From IMG/VR virus record IMGVR_UViG_3300023223_000479: 64,000 nt of DNA, one strand, 5' to 3'. The notes below the pieces were generated by a model. That model saw only the letters and a list, made by a program, of their open reading frames with translations, was not told where the DNA came from and made no database searches. This stretch comes from a virus. The position numbers were made by a program, and so were the translations under genes. Positions 31,416 through 41,809 of the stretch are shown here, one piece after another; the first letter of the stretch is position 1, and each line of letters begins with the position of its first letter.

Positions 31416-31443
31416 AAAAAGATAGGGGAGCTATCCCCCCTAT
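31416..31443 (-). terminator. Probable terminator next to palindrome 31400
   Basis: ATAGGGG...CCCCTAT stem followed by CTTTTTG. Confidence 0.6.
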
Positions 31444-31477
31444 TATGTATATACGCTTGTACCTAAACTTAATGGCC

Positions 31478-32035
31478 TTAGATACATAAATATCCTGCAC
31501 CTCCATTCGTAGCCGCTACGATTCGTTTAGTGGGCGTATCCGTTACCCTAATTGTGTATTCAATTTCAAACCCTCTCAAGATCTCTTTATTTTTGAGATC
31601 TCCTTGCCTACTACAAGTAACAGCATAAGAAAGTTGTGTTACCGTCTTCGTACAAGTCTGTTGAGAAGTAACCCGTAAATTGGGTTGTTCCAGGATCTCA
31701 AGGTGTCTTACATTTTTATATCTAGTTAGAGATACAGTCAGTACCTCCTCAGCCTCAATCAGGTCAGGTATATCAGAGATAGGATCAAAACGATCACTAA
31801 CCTGATCTACGCGACTCTGAGAAGCCTGTACCTCAATGCTGCAAAACATCATTCCCATAAGGAATAACAAGCACAACGTTGAGGAAACAAAATTCAAAAT
31901 TTGCCTCATAGTAATAAATTTTAGTTTTACTTGTTGACTGAGTAAGTGTAGCCCTTTCATAATGCTTTCCAACTCTCCAACTAATGAGAATCTTCTGCTA
32001 CACTTATATATCTCTTTGTCTATCATTGAAATCAA
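31478..32035 (-). CDS. Hypothetical protein with a hydrophobic, signal-like segment
   Basis: Start uncertain (32026 or internal MRQIL). Confidence 0.55.
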   Translation of the reverse strand: MISMIDKEIYKCSRRFSLVGELESIMKGLHLLSQQVKLKFITMRQILNFVSSTLCLLFLMGMMFCSIEVQASQSRVDQVSDRFDPISDIPDLIEAEEVLTVSLTRYKNVRHLEILEQPNLRVTSQQTCTKTVTQLSYAVTCSRQGDLKNKEILRGFEIEYTIRVTDTPTKRIVAATNGGAGYLCI

Positions 32036-32098
32036 ATATAGGTAATTATTATTCTCTACGCAATAGTGGGTTTAGGGTTTCGAGGTAATGTAAAATTT

Positions 32099-32446
32099 TT
32101 ACACATCCCTACCTAAATTAACCTCCAAGATAAACTTAACCAACTTACCCAAAAGCCGTACTAACTCATCTTTTCTTTCCTGAGTCAATAACCCGCTACA
32201 GGATACAGTTATGTAATAATCCATATAGTTTAATTTATTAGATGCCTTCCGCCAAATATTCCTATAATGACCAAAGTTACCTATACCCATATATAATATC
32301 CCCTCATTGATAACTAACTTCCCTCCACCCCCCTCCTCAGGCACTACAATTTGTATAGATACATCCTGATCTAAATCATCTTCCTCAGGAGAGATAGCAA
32401 ACTGATATCCTTTATTTCTCTCTGTGGTTATTAAAGTAATATTCAT
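32099..32446 (-). CDS. Hypothetical protein
   Basis: Stop codon inside palindrome 32089. Confidence 0.65.
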   Translation of the reverse strand: MNITLITTERNKGYQFAISPEEDDLDQDVSIQIVVPEEGGGGKLVINEGILYMGIGNFGHYRNIWRKASNKLNYMDYYITVSCSGLLTQERKDELVRLLGKLVKFILEVNLGRDV

Positions 32447-32925
32447 AATAACTCTGTTTCTATAGGTACATCAATCCAAACATCAGCATTAGTAGCGGTC
32501 CAATTAAATAACTGCTGTAGTTTATGAGGATCACCGTTACCATAACCACTACCATGTATAAACCCTTTGAAACATTCCTTAGACTTAAGCCATCTAAACC
32601 TCATTGTAGGAGTTAATAACTGAGTATGGGCCTTAGATCTATCTATTCTCAACTCAGGGTATAACTCCCATAACTGCTTCTTGGTTTCTTTAGTCATAGG
32701 TACTACAGATATTCCTAGCTCTATGGCTAGCTCTATTTCCCCTCTCATGCCCTTAGATATTTTATCCCCGTACAACCTCACCTCATCCATTACCCTCCTA
32801 TTGAATAGCTCTACATCATTCTTAATACCTCTGGTTCTATGCTCAGGTATAGAATCCGTTAAGGCTATACAGTCAGCATAATAAGGAACAAAAGGAACTA
32901 CATCCGGCTCCTCCATATTAATCAT
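32443..32925 (-). CDS. DUF4406/nucleoside-deoxyribosyltransferase-like fold protein
   Basis: PFVPY...R..GI...DEVRLYG..IS.GM..EIELA..LGI.V pattern. Confidence 0.55.
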   Translation of the reverse strand: MINMEEPDVVPFVPYYADCIALTDSIPEHRTRGIKNDVELFNRRVMDEVRLYGDKISKGMRGEIELAIELGISVVPMTKETKKQLWELYPELRIDRSKAHTQLLTPTMRFRWLKSKECFKGFIHGSGYGNGDPHKLQQLFNWTATNADVWIDVPIETELL

Positions 32926-33014
32926 TAATACTATATTTGAGATCCTATTAATATTTTATTTAACATCTCCTCCTATTGGGTGTGCAATATATACTACCTT
33001 CATATCCTTATTTA

Positions 33015-33467
33015 TTAAAGTTCTCCAAACTCTCTTAAACTGTTTAGCCTCGATAGAAATTCACCTATAGTAAGCACCGTATCGTAAGCATTACCCTTAC
33101 CTATTGAATGATCTAATACCTCAGTACCAGATGCCTCTAAAGCTTTTATAAACCCCGTATTCTTATATAGTCCCTCATAGGCTTTATCTAAGAGATCCTG
33201 ATACTCTTGAGACTGCCTATCAATTTCCTTTCCCCTCCAATATAGCTTTTGATGCATTTTCCAGGTATGGTAACGACTACCTGCTTTCTTAGCTTCATAT
33301 CCCGCTAATATGCGTATATGTAATTGAGTATCCTCATTACTTGTTTTAAGGGATTGCAAAAACCCCTCCATACTCTCACACCATACCCCATCTACAGGGA
33401 AAGGATGGCGTGCAAAATTACTTAGCTCGTTACCTGGATACTTTGTTTTTGATCCTATGTCTATCAT
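33015..33467 (-). CDS. T4 gp30.3-like NADAR-family protein
   Basis: LSNFARHPFPVDG..CESMEGFLQSLK, LYWRG..IDR.S.EYQ.LLDKAY and LDHSIG...TVLT..EF. Confidence 0.8.
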   Translation of the reverse strand: MIDIGSKTKYPGNELSNFARHPFPVDGVWCESMEGFLQSLKTSNEDTQLHIRILAGYEAKKAGSRYHTWKMHQKLYWRGKEIDRQSQEYQDLLDKAYEGLYKNTGFIKALEASGTEVLDHSIGKGNAYDTVLTIGEFLSRLNSLREFGEL

Positions 33468-33480
33468 TGTTTTATATTTG

Positions 33481-33549
33481 TGGAGCTAAGGGGAATCGAA
33501 CCCCATTCCTCTATTATGTTGAGATGCTTTGCCATTAAGCTATAGCCCC
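33481..33549 (-). tRNA. tRNA-Ala-like element with an aberrant anticodon arm (pseudo-tRNA)
   Basis: GGGGCTA/TAGCTCC acceptor with G3-U70 and A73, D-arm GCTT-AATGGCA-AAGC, T-loop TTCGATT. The anticodon/variable region is only 19 nt, has no U33 and no NGC; no encoded CCA. Confidence 0.7.
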
Positions 33550-33552
33550 TAA

Positions 33553-34849
33553 TTATTTACCTCTTTGTAATTCCCGTATATCATCATGAGCATACCCTAA
33601 CCTAATCTGTAGATTACTTACCTCCTCTTTAAGTCTACCTATCTCATATCCCTGCTGACTGCTCTCCTCTCTATGCTTTGCCTCTAATTCATTAATCTTT
33701 ATACTCTCATGATTCCTTATAGAGTTTATCATTCTATCAGATTCCATATCCTGCATACAGCCGACACCAAACCATATATCTTTAGCTAACTGCTTCGTCT
33801 TCTCTTCACCTATTTTTATTTCTACCTCTGCCTCAGATAGGTGCTCATAAATACTTTCTTCATAATGATCTAATTCTATACTCATGATTACGAGTTTAAT
33901 CTAAATTTACCGTACGCCCAATACCCTACCAATAATCCACAATCCCCACATAAAATATCACTTTCAGATATATGCCCCTGAATAGTATCAGTTATTTTTT
34001 CCTTAAACCCATTCTTAGGTTCGCACTGACAATTAGGACATTCTTTTGGAGGCTTATCATCTTCCTCCTTTTTGTTAATCCACCAATCCTCCTCATTCCA
34101 TATCCTCTTACCCCTACCCACTAACAATAGCTCCTCATCAGTAAGCTCCCGGTACTTACCAGATAGATAAACATCCTCATAGCCTCCCTCCCTGGTTTCC
34201 TCTCCTCCTATTAATCCTCCCTCCCACAACCATATACCATCATGCTCAGGCTTATCAAATCCCATCTCATCAAAATGATCTAAATCATACTCCTCAAGGA
34301 TCAACCAAGTGTGATAACCTACATGAGCTAACACTATTCCCTCCTCACCTTTACAGGCTACTACAGCTAAAGATAGCTTAGATGTATTCCACCCTTCAGC
34401 AATTGCTTTTTCTTTATCTAAAGGATTCACTGCTTGCAATCGTTTAAGGTCTTTTAACTTTTGTTTGAAATCTACCATTATACCATCCATTGTTTTAATC
34501 CATCAAATCCAAAAAATTCTGCCGCATTCTCTACCTGCTGAGGCTCATCTACTTTCTGCTCCTCCTTCTCTTCTATCTCCTCCTCAGCCTCTTTAAACTT
34601 TGCCTGCTCAATGCTATCCAGTCTCTCTAACTCACTCCTCATACGTGCAAGATAATAATCTACCTTACGAACATCAACACCCCTAAGAGAGTATACGGCT
34701 GCTGTAGCCTTACCCAATCTTACTAAGGCATACTCAGGAGCATCTATATTAGCCATTACAACATCTACAGATGTCATAAACAATCTATAGGCTAGATCGT
34801 GTACACACCCTTTAAGACCTTGTTTTAGTTTTCTGTAGTATTGTTTCAT
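33553..34849 (-). other. Three hypothetical genes (33553-33885, 33888-34490 with C-terminal CxxC...CxxC, 34478-34849)
   Basis: Coupled co-directional ORFs. Confidence 0.7.
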
Positions 34850-35040
34850 GATTACTTAATTAGATAGTGCGCTCAAATACTCCGAATCAATTCCTTTGTA
34901 GTGTTTACCGCTCAGAAGATGTATAATCTCACATCTCTTACCCTTTACCTCTAATACACTATACAAGCCCTTAAGCAATCCCTGTAGGTTATGGTTGAGT
35001 AAGCTGAGTATATCTCCTGTTTTGATCATACCTAAAGGTA

Positions 35041-35095
35041 AGGTTTTATATTGAGTGATCCTAATTAGGTTTTATATTGAGTGATCCTAATTAGG
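35041..35095. repeat. Perfect 26-bp tandem duplication in a promoter region
   Basis: AGGTTTTATATTGAGTGATCCTAATT x2 plus AGG, between a TACCTTTA box (35033-35040) and palindrome 35097. Confidence 0.92.
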
Positions 35096-35112
35096 GTGTA
35101 AAAATTTTACAC

Positions 35113-35143
35113 CAAAACAAAAAGAGATCTCCTATGAGATCCC
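35113..35143 (-). terminator. Terminator between palindromes 35097 and 35178
   Basis: GGGATCTC-ATAG-GAGATCTC followed by TTTTTGTTTTG. Confidence 0.75.
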
Positions 35144-35187
35144 AATTTGCTAACTAAAAGAAAACATTTATCGTACCTGTAAAATTT

Positions 35188-36141
35188 TTACAGTCTTGAT
35201 ATCTTCGTACTAAAATGATCGTTCAAACACCTTGCCCCATTAACAGTAATTTTACGCTGCCAGCAGCCATAACGGCCTGACCAACGTAATGATACGGGAG
35301 CATTCTTTAAAGTCGCTCTAACGCTGTCTGAGGGCTTACCCTGGTCAAAGAACACCTGAAGCCTATCAGCCTCATAGTTCAGAGCTATATAACCACCCTC
35401 ATAGATATTAAACCTATACTCTATCTGCTCATCTGATTGGGCATTAACCTTTGCCTCTAACTCTGCTACTCTACCCTTAAGCCTCTTAATGTTTGCATTG
35501 TTATTTGTTAGCTGATATCCTGCAAACCCTGTAGTACCTAAATGATTAGGCTTTATTAAATCATAGGCGGATTGGACTTTAAACCCCAAGTCCTTCAACC
35601 CCTTCAATTTATCCTCCTCAGATAAACTCTTATTACGGCATACCTTATTAACTGCCTTCATAACCCTTTGCAACTTCTCCCTATTACCCAAATCCTTTCT
35701 AGCCTTCTGTAGATCTATCTCAACTTGGGTAAGTCCTGCATCCTCAAAATCCTGCCTAATCTTCTGCTTCTTAAGCCTATACATAAACTTATCAGGAAAT
35801 TCATGAAACTCCTCTGATCTCTTTCCCTCTGATCTATTAGCCTTCTCAGCACGTCTTTGGTTATACCCAGATGGTCCCGTAATCATCGAACTTGTACAGC
35901 TTCCTTTAGCACTCATCCAAGCAATAAACAATCTAATATACTTCTCTTTGAACTCATCTACCTGATCAAGGTAAACCTCCTCAAGCTCATTGATACAGTC
36001 CTGTAGATGTTTAGAGTAATGGGTTATCATATAATTACCTCTCTTCTCAGGTACATGAGACGTACCATAATGAGCACGATTTGCAAGCTCTTTATGAGGC
36101 TCTAATAGTAGTGTACCTAAAGATGTTTTCTTGTTACCCAT
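35188..36141 (-). CDS. DUF3560/LPD-type polyvalent-protein-like gene
   Basis: TSHVPEKRG, SSMITGPS, ANIKRLKGRVAEL, N.EADRLQVFFD.KP and LRWS...GCWQR are seen in phage and conjugative-element proteins. The promoter box 3 nt upstream suggests a start at 36141. Confidence 0.6.
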   Translation of the reverse strand: MGNKKTSLGTLLLEPHKELANRAHYGTSHVPEKRGNYMITHYSKHLQDCINELEEVYLDQVDEFKEKYIRLFIAWMSAKGSCTSSMITGPSGYNQRRAEKANRSEGKRSEEFHEFPDKFMYRLKKQKIRQDFEDAGLTQVEIDLQKARKDLGNREKLQRVMKAVNKVCRNKSLSEEDKLKGLKDLGFKVQSAYDLIKPNHLGTTGFAGYQLTNNNANIKRLKGRVAELEAKVNAQSDEQIEYRFNIYEGGYIALNYEADRLQVFFDQGKPSDSVRATLKNAPVSLRWSGRYGCWQRKITVNGARCLNDHFSTKISRL

Positions 36142-36190
36142 GATCAAAGGTAATGTTTATATATAACAATTGCAAGTAGATGTAAAATTT

Positions 36191-38206
36191 TTACATCCTG
36201 TTTGTATACTGATTAATCTTATACCTATATAAATCCTGTATCATACAATCACACAAAGCATTGATAACCTTAAGCAGTTCCTTCCAATTATCATCTATAT
36301 TACCAGTCTCTATTAGCCGTATACTCTCCCCTGTAGCCTCCTCATATAGCCCCTCTAAATAGCTTAAGCAGGATATAAAAGCCGAATGATCCTTATGGGC
36401 GGGTGTAGTAATGTAGTGCTTACTCTTAAACCACTGCTTTAAATAATTCTTATACGCTCTCATGTTCAATAGGCTCCTTTCTATCTTTAATAAGCCGGTA
36501 TGCATCTCGCACATAACTACGATCAATATTCATAACCTTCTCAAAGTTTAGTATAGCATCCATAGCAAATCCAAATCTCTTACACGATGTAAATGAATAC
36601 TGCTCTCTATGCTCTGGGTGAATATAAACTACTCTATAGATATAGTCATACCTCATACTCTCCCTTAATAATCCTCACTATATCCCGATTACTTACCTTA
36701 ATAGCTCTCTGCTCTGCCACACACTTAAGGTACTTAGGTACATCATAATGAGGCTTATTCTTCTGCTTACCTAAATGATAATGGCACCTCTTAATACCTA
36801 ATAGCTTGGCTACCTTATGTAATCCCTCTATAGAGAAAGGGTGTACAACTAAATGTACCCCATCCCAGTACGGCTTATATAATTCATCTCTCCAAGGAAT
36901 ATTTGTGCCTGATATATCATCACATCCTATATCCATAATCTAATCTATTTTATCTCTTCCCCATACCAGCTTTTACGCAAGTCGCTAAACCCCTTAAACT
37001 GTATAACTTGATTACCGCTGTTTAAAGCTTTTTCAATACTTTCCTCCATAGTCTTAGCCCTATAGTTAGGTTGAGATTGTAAGTCTGTTATGACTACAAA
37101 TCCATAAGTATTATCAATAAGATTAGTACCTAACCGGGAAAGAATGGCTACAGTATTCTTATGCTTATATGCATACAGCTTTGCTCTACCTTTCTTCACT
37201 GCCTCTTTTATAGAAACTGTTATAGGCTCAGAAGTATCTTTTGTTAAATGTCTCACAGTGTTAATTTATTTTATGATAAACTATTAATACCCCAGTCTGT
37301 TGTTTAGGAGGAGGACCAAAAGCCTGATAAGCCTCTGCACACTGAGCTATAGTAATAGGTTTAGGACATTTACCTACAGGTCTTATGTTTACATGTACGT
37401 CCTCATAGCTAGTATAACCAGCCCAAAAAGCACCCTCGTATTCTTCCACCTCAAACCATAGCATACATCTCCACCTACTAGAGCCTATACTTTGTATAGC
37501 CCTACACCTACTACATGTTTTAGGCTGTCTTGCTTTTATCATTCCCATGCATAATAAACCAAAACAAACGGATTAACTACAGGAACACGCATCTCAATAC
37601 ATATAAACCTGGATAGCCTAAACTCTGTCTCCCCCATAGTAAAAAGGTAAAAAGACCTACCATTAGACTTTGGAACTATTTTCCTATAAATACTATTACA
37701 AGGATACAAAGGGTTAGGTAATCCTATCTCCTGCCATATACTCATACGTCTCTGTAGAGGTAGATATTGATACATTGGTTTATATACAAGTATCATCTCT
37801 CGGGTATATTAGCCATCCTCATAAGGTCTATAAAATGATATATGGTGGAGCATGATACACCGTTATAAGTATCTGGAGGTTTACCCCTACCCTTTGTTCT
37901 CTTAGTCAAACGTAAATAATAACCTTTACTAAATATCTCAGTAACATAACTATCCTTTTCAAAAGTCATAGAGATTGGAGTTATAATCAACATAGTCCAC
38001 CCCTGCTCCTCTACTTCTTTCTGTATTATCAGAGGCATCCTTACAGCATTATACCCTGCTGCTAATTGTAACGACTTTATATTATGGCCTAATACCTTAA
38101 TCCCTTCACTCCATTTCTTATCACCTACCACCATCTGTACTATAGATCCGTACCTTACCTCCTCAGGTGTTGGATAGAAATAACCGTCTTTAATTGTATT
38201 ATACAT
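36191..38206 (-). other. Cluster of small hypothetical genes (36191-36526, 36450-36656, 36945-37256, 37261-37548, 37539-37796, 37793-38206, plus the DUF4031 gene)
   Basis: Tightly coupled ORFs between palindromes 36181 and 38210. Confidence 0.6.
36646..36936 (-). CDS. DUF4031-like protein
   Basis: HLV...EGLHKVAKLLGIKR......PHYDVP......RAIKVS. Confidence 0.7.
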   Translation of the reverse strand: MDIGCDDISGTNIPWRDELYKPYWDGVHLVVHPFSIEGLHKVAKLLGIKRCHYHLGKQKNKPHYDVPKYLKCVAEQRAIKVSNRDIVRIIKGEYEV

Positions 38207-38309
38207 GATTGTAAATTTTTTACACTTTGTTACTTACCTCCCCATCTCATATACGCATATAGTCCGACTATACAAACCATCCCTATTATTATTGTTGATG
38301 CTTCTATAC

Positions 38310-38750
38310 TCATGGTCTAAATACTATAACACCCATACCTAACGTAGCAATTCCTCCTAATATTATCATACCACAAAATCCTCCTATACCTTCCATTGCC
38401 TTCATACCTCCCTCACCTAATCTATCATCCATGTTTTTACAGGGGGGACAATCAGATACTATCTTTATCCTAGATTGACCAATAGCAATCATATCTCCTA
38501 TCTGTACCTGAGCATCAATAAGTAAGTTCCTCCTGGTATCTTCGAACTCAATCCGCTTACCTAACCTCTTTCTAATCTGACATAATTGATCTATAGTCAT
38601 TATAGTAACCTGCCTCTTACGTACCTTAGTGGATTCTAGTTTATAGTACCTATCACCCACTATTCCTACCCCCTTATCTAAAGTACATTCCATCTCCATT
38701 TTCATAGGCTTATTATGGATCTCCCTCAACGATATGTAAATCAAACTCAT
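38310..38750 (-). CDS. MOSC domain protein (YiiM-like)
   Basis: GIVGDRY, RQVTIM, RRNLLID, IG...I.I...CPPC..MD.RLG.G...AM.G.GG. Confidence 0.85.
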   Translation of the reverse strand: MSLIYISLREIHNKPMKMEMECTLDKGVGIVGDRYYKLESTKVRKRQVTIMTIDQLCQIRKRLGKRIEFEDTRRNLLIDAQVQIGDMIAIGQSRIKIVSDCPPCKNMDDRLGEGGMKAMEGIGGFCGMIILGGIATLGMGVIVFRP

Positions 38751-38878
38751 ACTGTAAAATTTTTACACCCATTACAAATCTTAGGGCTACTATTAGGTTT
38801 AGCGGACCTGTAAAACCCCTTCCCGCATTTAAGGCAGATTGTCCACACTACTCTATAATTCTTTTTCCTCTTTGCCAT
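38747..38878 (-). CDS. Small zinc-ribbon-like protein (43 aa), not in the ORF track
   Basis: MAKRKKNYRVVWTICLKCGKGFYRSAKPNSSPKICNGCKNFTV*. TATATTGG box 3 nt upstream; stop overlaps the MOSC ATG. Confidence 0.6.
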   Translation of the reverse strand: MAKRKKNYRVVWTICLKCGKGFYRSAKPNSSPKICNGCKNFTV

Positions 38879-38901
38879 ACCCCAATATACTAACATTGAC
38901 T

Positions 38902-38935
38902 CAAAAAATAAAGGAGCCGATCTCTCAGCCCCTTT
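38902..38935 (-). terminator. Rho-independent terminator
   Basis: AAGGGGCTGA...TCGGCTCCTT followed by TATTTTTTG. Confidence 0.7.
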
Positions 38936-38956
38936 TGCAGATCCGTGAAAAGTATT

Positions 38957-39724
38957 CTATGGACTGCCTTCATTATCGCACTCTGAGCAAATACCCGCAA
39001 CTACATTACCTACTGCTATACCACAACTACTACACCCCTCAGTAATAGGCCAACGTCCTGTACCTCCACACTCATAGCAGGGATCTGTAATATAGTCACT
39101 AGAGCCTCCTGAACCATTACAATAAGTACATATACTCTTCTCCTCTACTAAAGGCTTACCTGACCCCTGACAATAAGTACAGGGACTATCAGTGTGCTTA
39201 CCCTCATGATTACCAGTACCCTCACAGTAAGCACACTCGCTTTCTCCTTTCTCTACTGTAGTTATTATTCCTCCATCATGTATAACCCTACCTGATTCCG
39301 CATAATTATACTTAACCTCATCCACTATGTACTTATTAACCTTAATCTCAACCCCCTCTAATGATGGTGCTATATCTACTACTAGGGGGAGAATATCCTG
39401 ATCCGCCTGACCTAAATACTCAAGCCCATAATTAGGCCCTCTCTTTACAAAAGACCATCTACCCTCAACCACCCCATTAAGTATTGCTGAGGCTCCCGTA
39501 AATATCTCCTGCATCGTCTTCATGAATGCATAATACTCTTTCCCTTTATCCTTATCCCTAAATATAAATCCTGCTGCTGATCGTCCCCGCCTTATCTCTA
39601 CAAACTCCATCTTAGCCTCAAACTCATAGTTATCTACCCACTCATAGTGCTCTACGGGGTAAGTACAATAGTTAACAAGATTGCCATTCTTAAAAGGAAT
39701 CTGATATTTCTTTGAATCTGCCAT
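38957..39724 (-). CDS. Phage protein with a C-terminal DnaJ-type zinc finger
   Basis: Four CxxCxGxG repeats (CAYCEGTG, CTYCQGSG, CTYCNGSG, CYECGGTG) plus CSSC/CSEC. Confidence 0.75.
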   Translation of the reverse strand: MADSKKYQIPFKNGNLVNYCTYPVEHYEWVDNYEFEAKMEFVEIRRGRSAAGFIFRDKDKGKEYYAFMKTMQEIFTGASAILNGVVEGRWSFVKRGPNYGLEYLGQADQDILPLVVDIAPSLEGVEIKVNKYIVDEVKYNYAESGRVIHDGGIITTVEKGESECAYCEGTGNHEGKHTDSPCTYCQGSGKPLVEEKSICTYCNGSGGSSDYITDPCYECGGTGRWPITEGCSSCGIAVGNVVAGICSECDNEGSP

Positions 39725-39810
39725 ATCTCTAATTTATCAATTATATCCTATGCCAACAATATACCAAAAGCACCTATAGGCCATAGATTATTTATCAGCG
39801 GCTCTATCAC

Positions 39811-41007
39811 CTAATTCTGAGAGTAAAAATCCATTACCAAATCTATGCCGTCTACAACTGATGTACTAACATACTCACATATCATAGCATCTAATACCTC
39901 TTCGCTCCAGGGGTACTTATTCCAAAAATCTTTAAAGGTATAGGTAAAACAAACCACATCACACTTACTATTTTTAAACTTCACATATACTCTAACCTTG
40001 CTACATGTAATACAGTCTGGATTATATCCCTCTGAATCTATTACTATGTTATGTATAGCGCTCTTTGTGGTAACTAATGCCCATACAAAGGTAATACCTC
40101 TTTTCTTTATCTTACTTAGGATTTTAACCTTATTATAGTTACTCATAACTCATCCTCCCTTATAGAGAATACGAATCTCTCATTATCAATACCGTTAATA
40201 CTTAATGTCTTAAACTTCTGCTCATCAAATACCTCCTTAAACTTAACCGCTTGTTCCTCATCCTTCACTATACCAAGACTTTCCCAAGCAACCGGATCAA
40301 TAGTTAAGTACATATTAAAAACAAAGTTATCCTCAAACACCTCAATAATATGCTTAATACCCTCCCTAATCCCTACCCATAGTTCATAAGCCTCTAACAT
40401 CTCTTTATGAACCAAATCAATAAATATTTGTTTCTTATCGAAGAAATCAATAATAGGTGTAGTGTTTTTCATTGTGTAAGTGTTTCGTTATATAATACCT
40501 AAAGGTAATCTTTAATTACTTACCCTCCAAATTCGCTCAATACAATTATATGATTTGTAAAATTTTTACACCCTACTGAGGAATATCAATTCTCTTTAAC
40601 TCTTCTCCTGTTAATCCCCTATATAGCTCCTGCACCTGATGCATGTATTTGATATGTCTCATTGTTAAACTATCACTATCTCCCTGGTATCTTGACTTTA
40701 ACATAAACCCTAACCCATCTTTCCAACCCATATCAAACCTAGCTGAGGGATGTCCCGGACTCCATGCATCTAAGTTTAGAAACCCTGGTTTAAACTCATC
40801 AAAACCAAACCATTTAATCAGTAGCTCCTTAGTGACCGATACTCCTACTAATTTAGTAGCAGATATAGATAACATATCAGGACCATCCTCAAAAGTATGG
40901 TGCAGCCTACCATAACGGTCAACTACAATCTTAGCATAAGTATTATGCATCTTAGACTTTGGTGCAACAATACTATACCAGCAATCCGATATTAATCTAA
41001 CTGACAT
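39811..41007 (-). other. Hypothetical genes 39811-40146, 40143-40472 and 40573-41007 (the last YopX-like)
   Basis: Co-directional ORFs; 40573-41007 ends in IKYMHQVQELYRGLTGEEL, typical of phage YopX-like proteins. Confidence 0.6.
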
Positions 41008-41009
41008 AA

Positions 41010-41642
41010 TTAAAAGTATAGTTTACTCCTACAATTATCAAACTGCTTCTGGCACCTAAACAACGTACCGTCTGTGGCTTTATGGTTAACCGCTACAGGG
41101 ATCAACTGTATACTCAACATCTGAGCTACTGTAGCCCTATGTCTACCATCATGATTATTATTACCTTCTAAGCCGTATGTAGCTATCCAGCACGAATCTA
41201 TAGGCTTACCCTGTATCATTCGTTTAGCCAATCTCAATACTCCCTTCCTATGATAGTCATCAGTAATAGATAATCTTGGGCAATAACTCAAAAACAACTC
41301 AGGAGGATACCACTCAATACCTAACTCATAAGCGTAATTATATAATAATGACTCCTTATAGTCTTCCTCTGTCTCAGGTATCGGGTAAGTTAATATCTGA
41401 TCCAGACTCCTATCCCTGCCTACTAACTCAATAGTATCTTTGGGCCATAACCAACTCCGAACTATTTTAATAGTATTCTCACATACCTGCATAGTATCTC
41501 CCTCAGATATATCAAAGTGAGGGTACTGCTTATACATAGATTGTCTTAGTTCCTGGTACTTCTTAGGATGAATTAATAGAGTGTGAGGAATCTTAATATT
41601 ATGGTCAAACTCATAGCACTGACTACATAATTGATCGATCAT
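41010..41642 (-). CDS. ParB/Srx-N-like domain protein
   Basis: NHDGRHRA...IPV resembles the ParB-N DGxHR motif. Confidence 0.5.
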   Translation of the reverse strand: MIDQLCSQCYEFDHNIKIPHTLLIHPKKYQELRQSMYKQYPHFDISEGDTMQVCENTIKIVRSWLWPKDTIELVGRDRSLDQILTYPIPETEEDYKESLLYNYAYELGIEWYPPELFLSYCPRLSITDDYHRKGVLRLAKRMIQGKPIDSCWIATYGLEGNNNHDGRHRATVAQMLSIQLIPVAVNHKATDGTLFRCQKQFDNCRSKLYF

Positions 41643-41809
41643 AATTTAGTTAGTCTTAGGTTTACAATTACTATGCTTCTTTTCAAACCCCTTCGACCAT
41701 TCAAGCCAATCATTAATAGGCGTACTACCGTCCTCACTGGTTGGAGGATTCTGGTAAACACCACAATTTAGACACTTTGCCCCCTTACCCTTAGCAATTA
41801 TATGCTTAC

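Noticed and set aside
33481-33549. Functional tRNA-Met/Ile(CAT) or a tmRNA end
   Set aside because: Placing CAT at 34-36 leaves two stem mismatches and no U33. Both acceptor halves are only 69 nt apart, so it is not a tmRNA.
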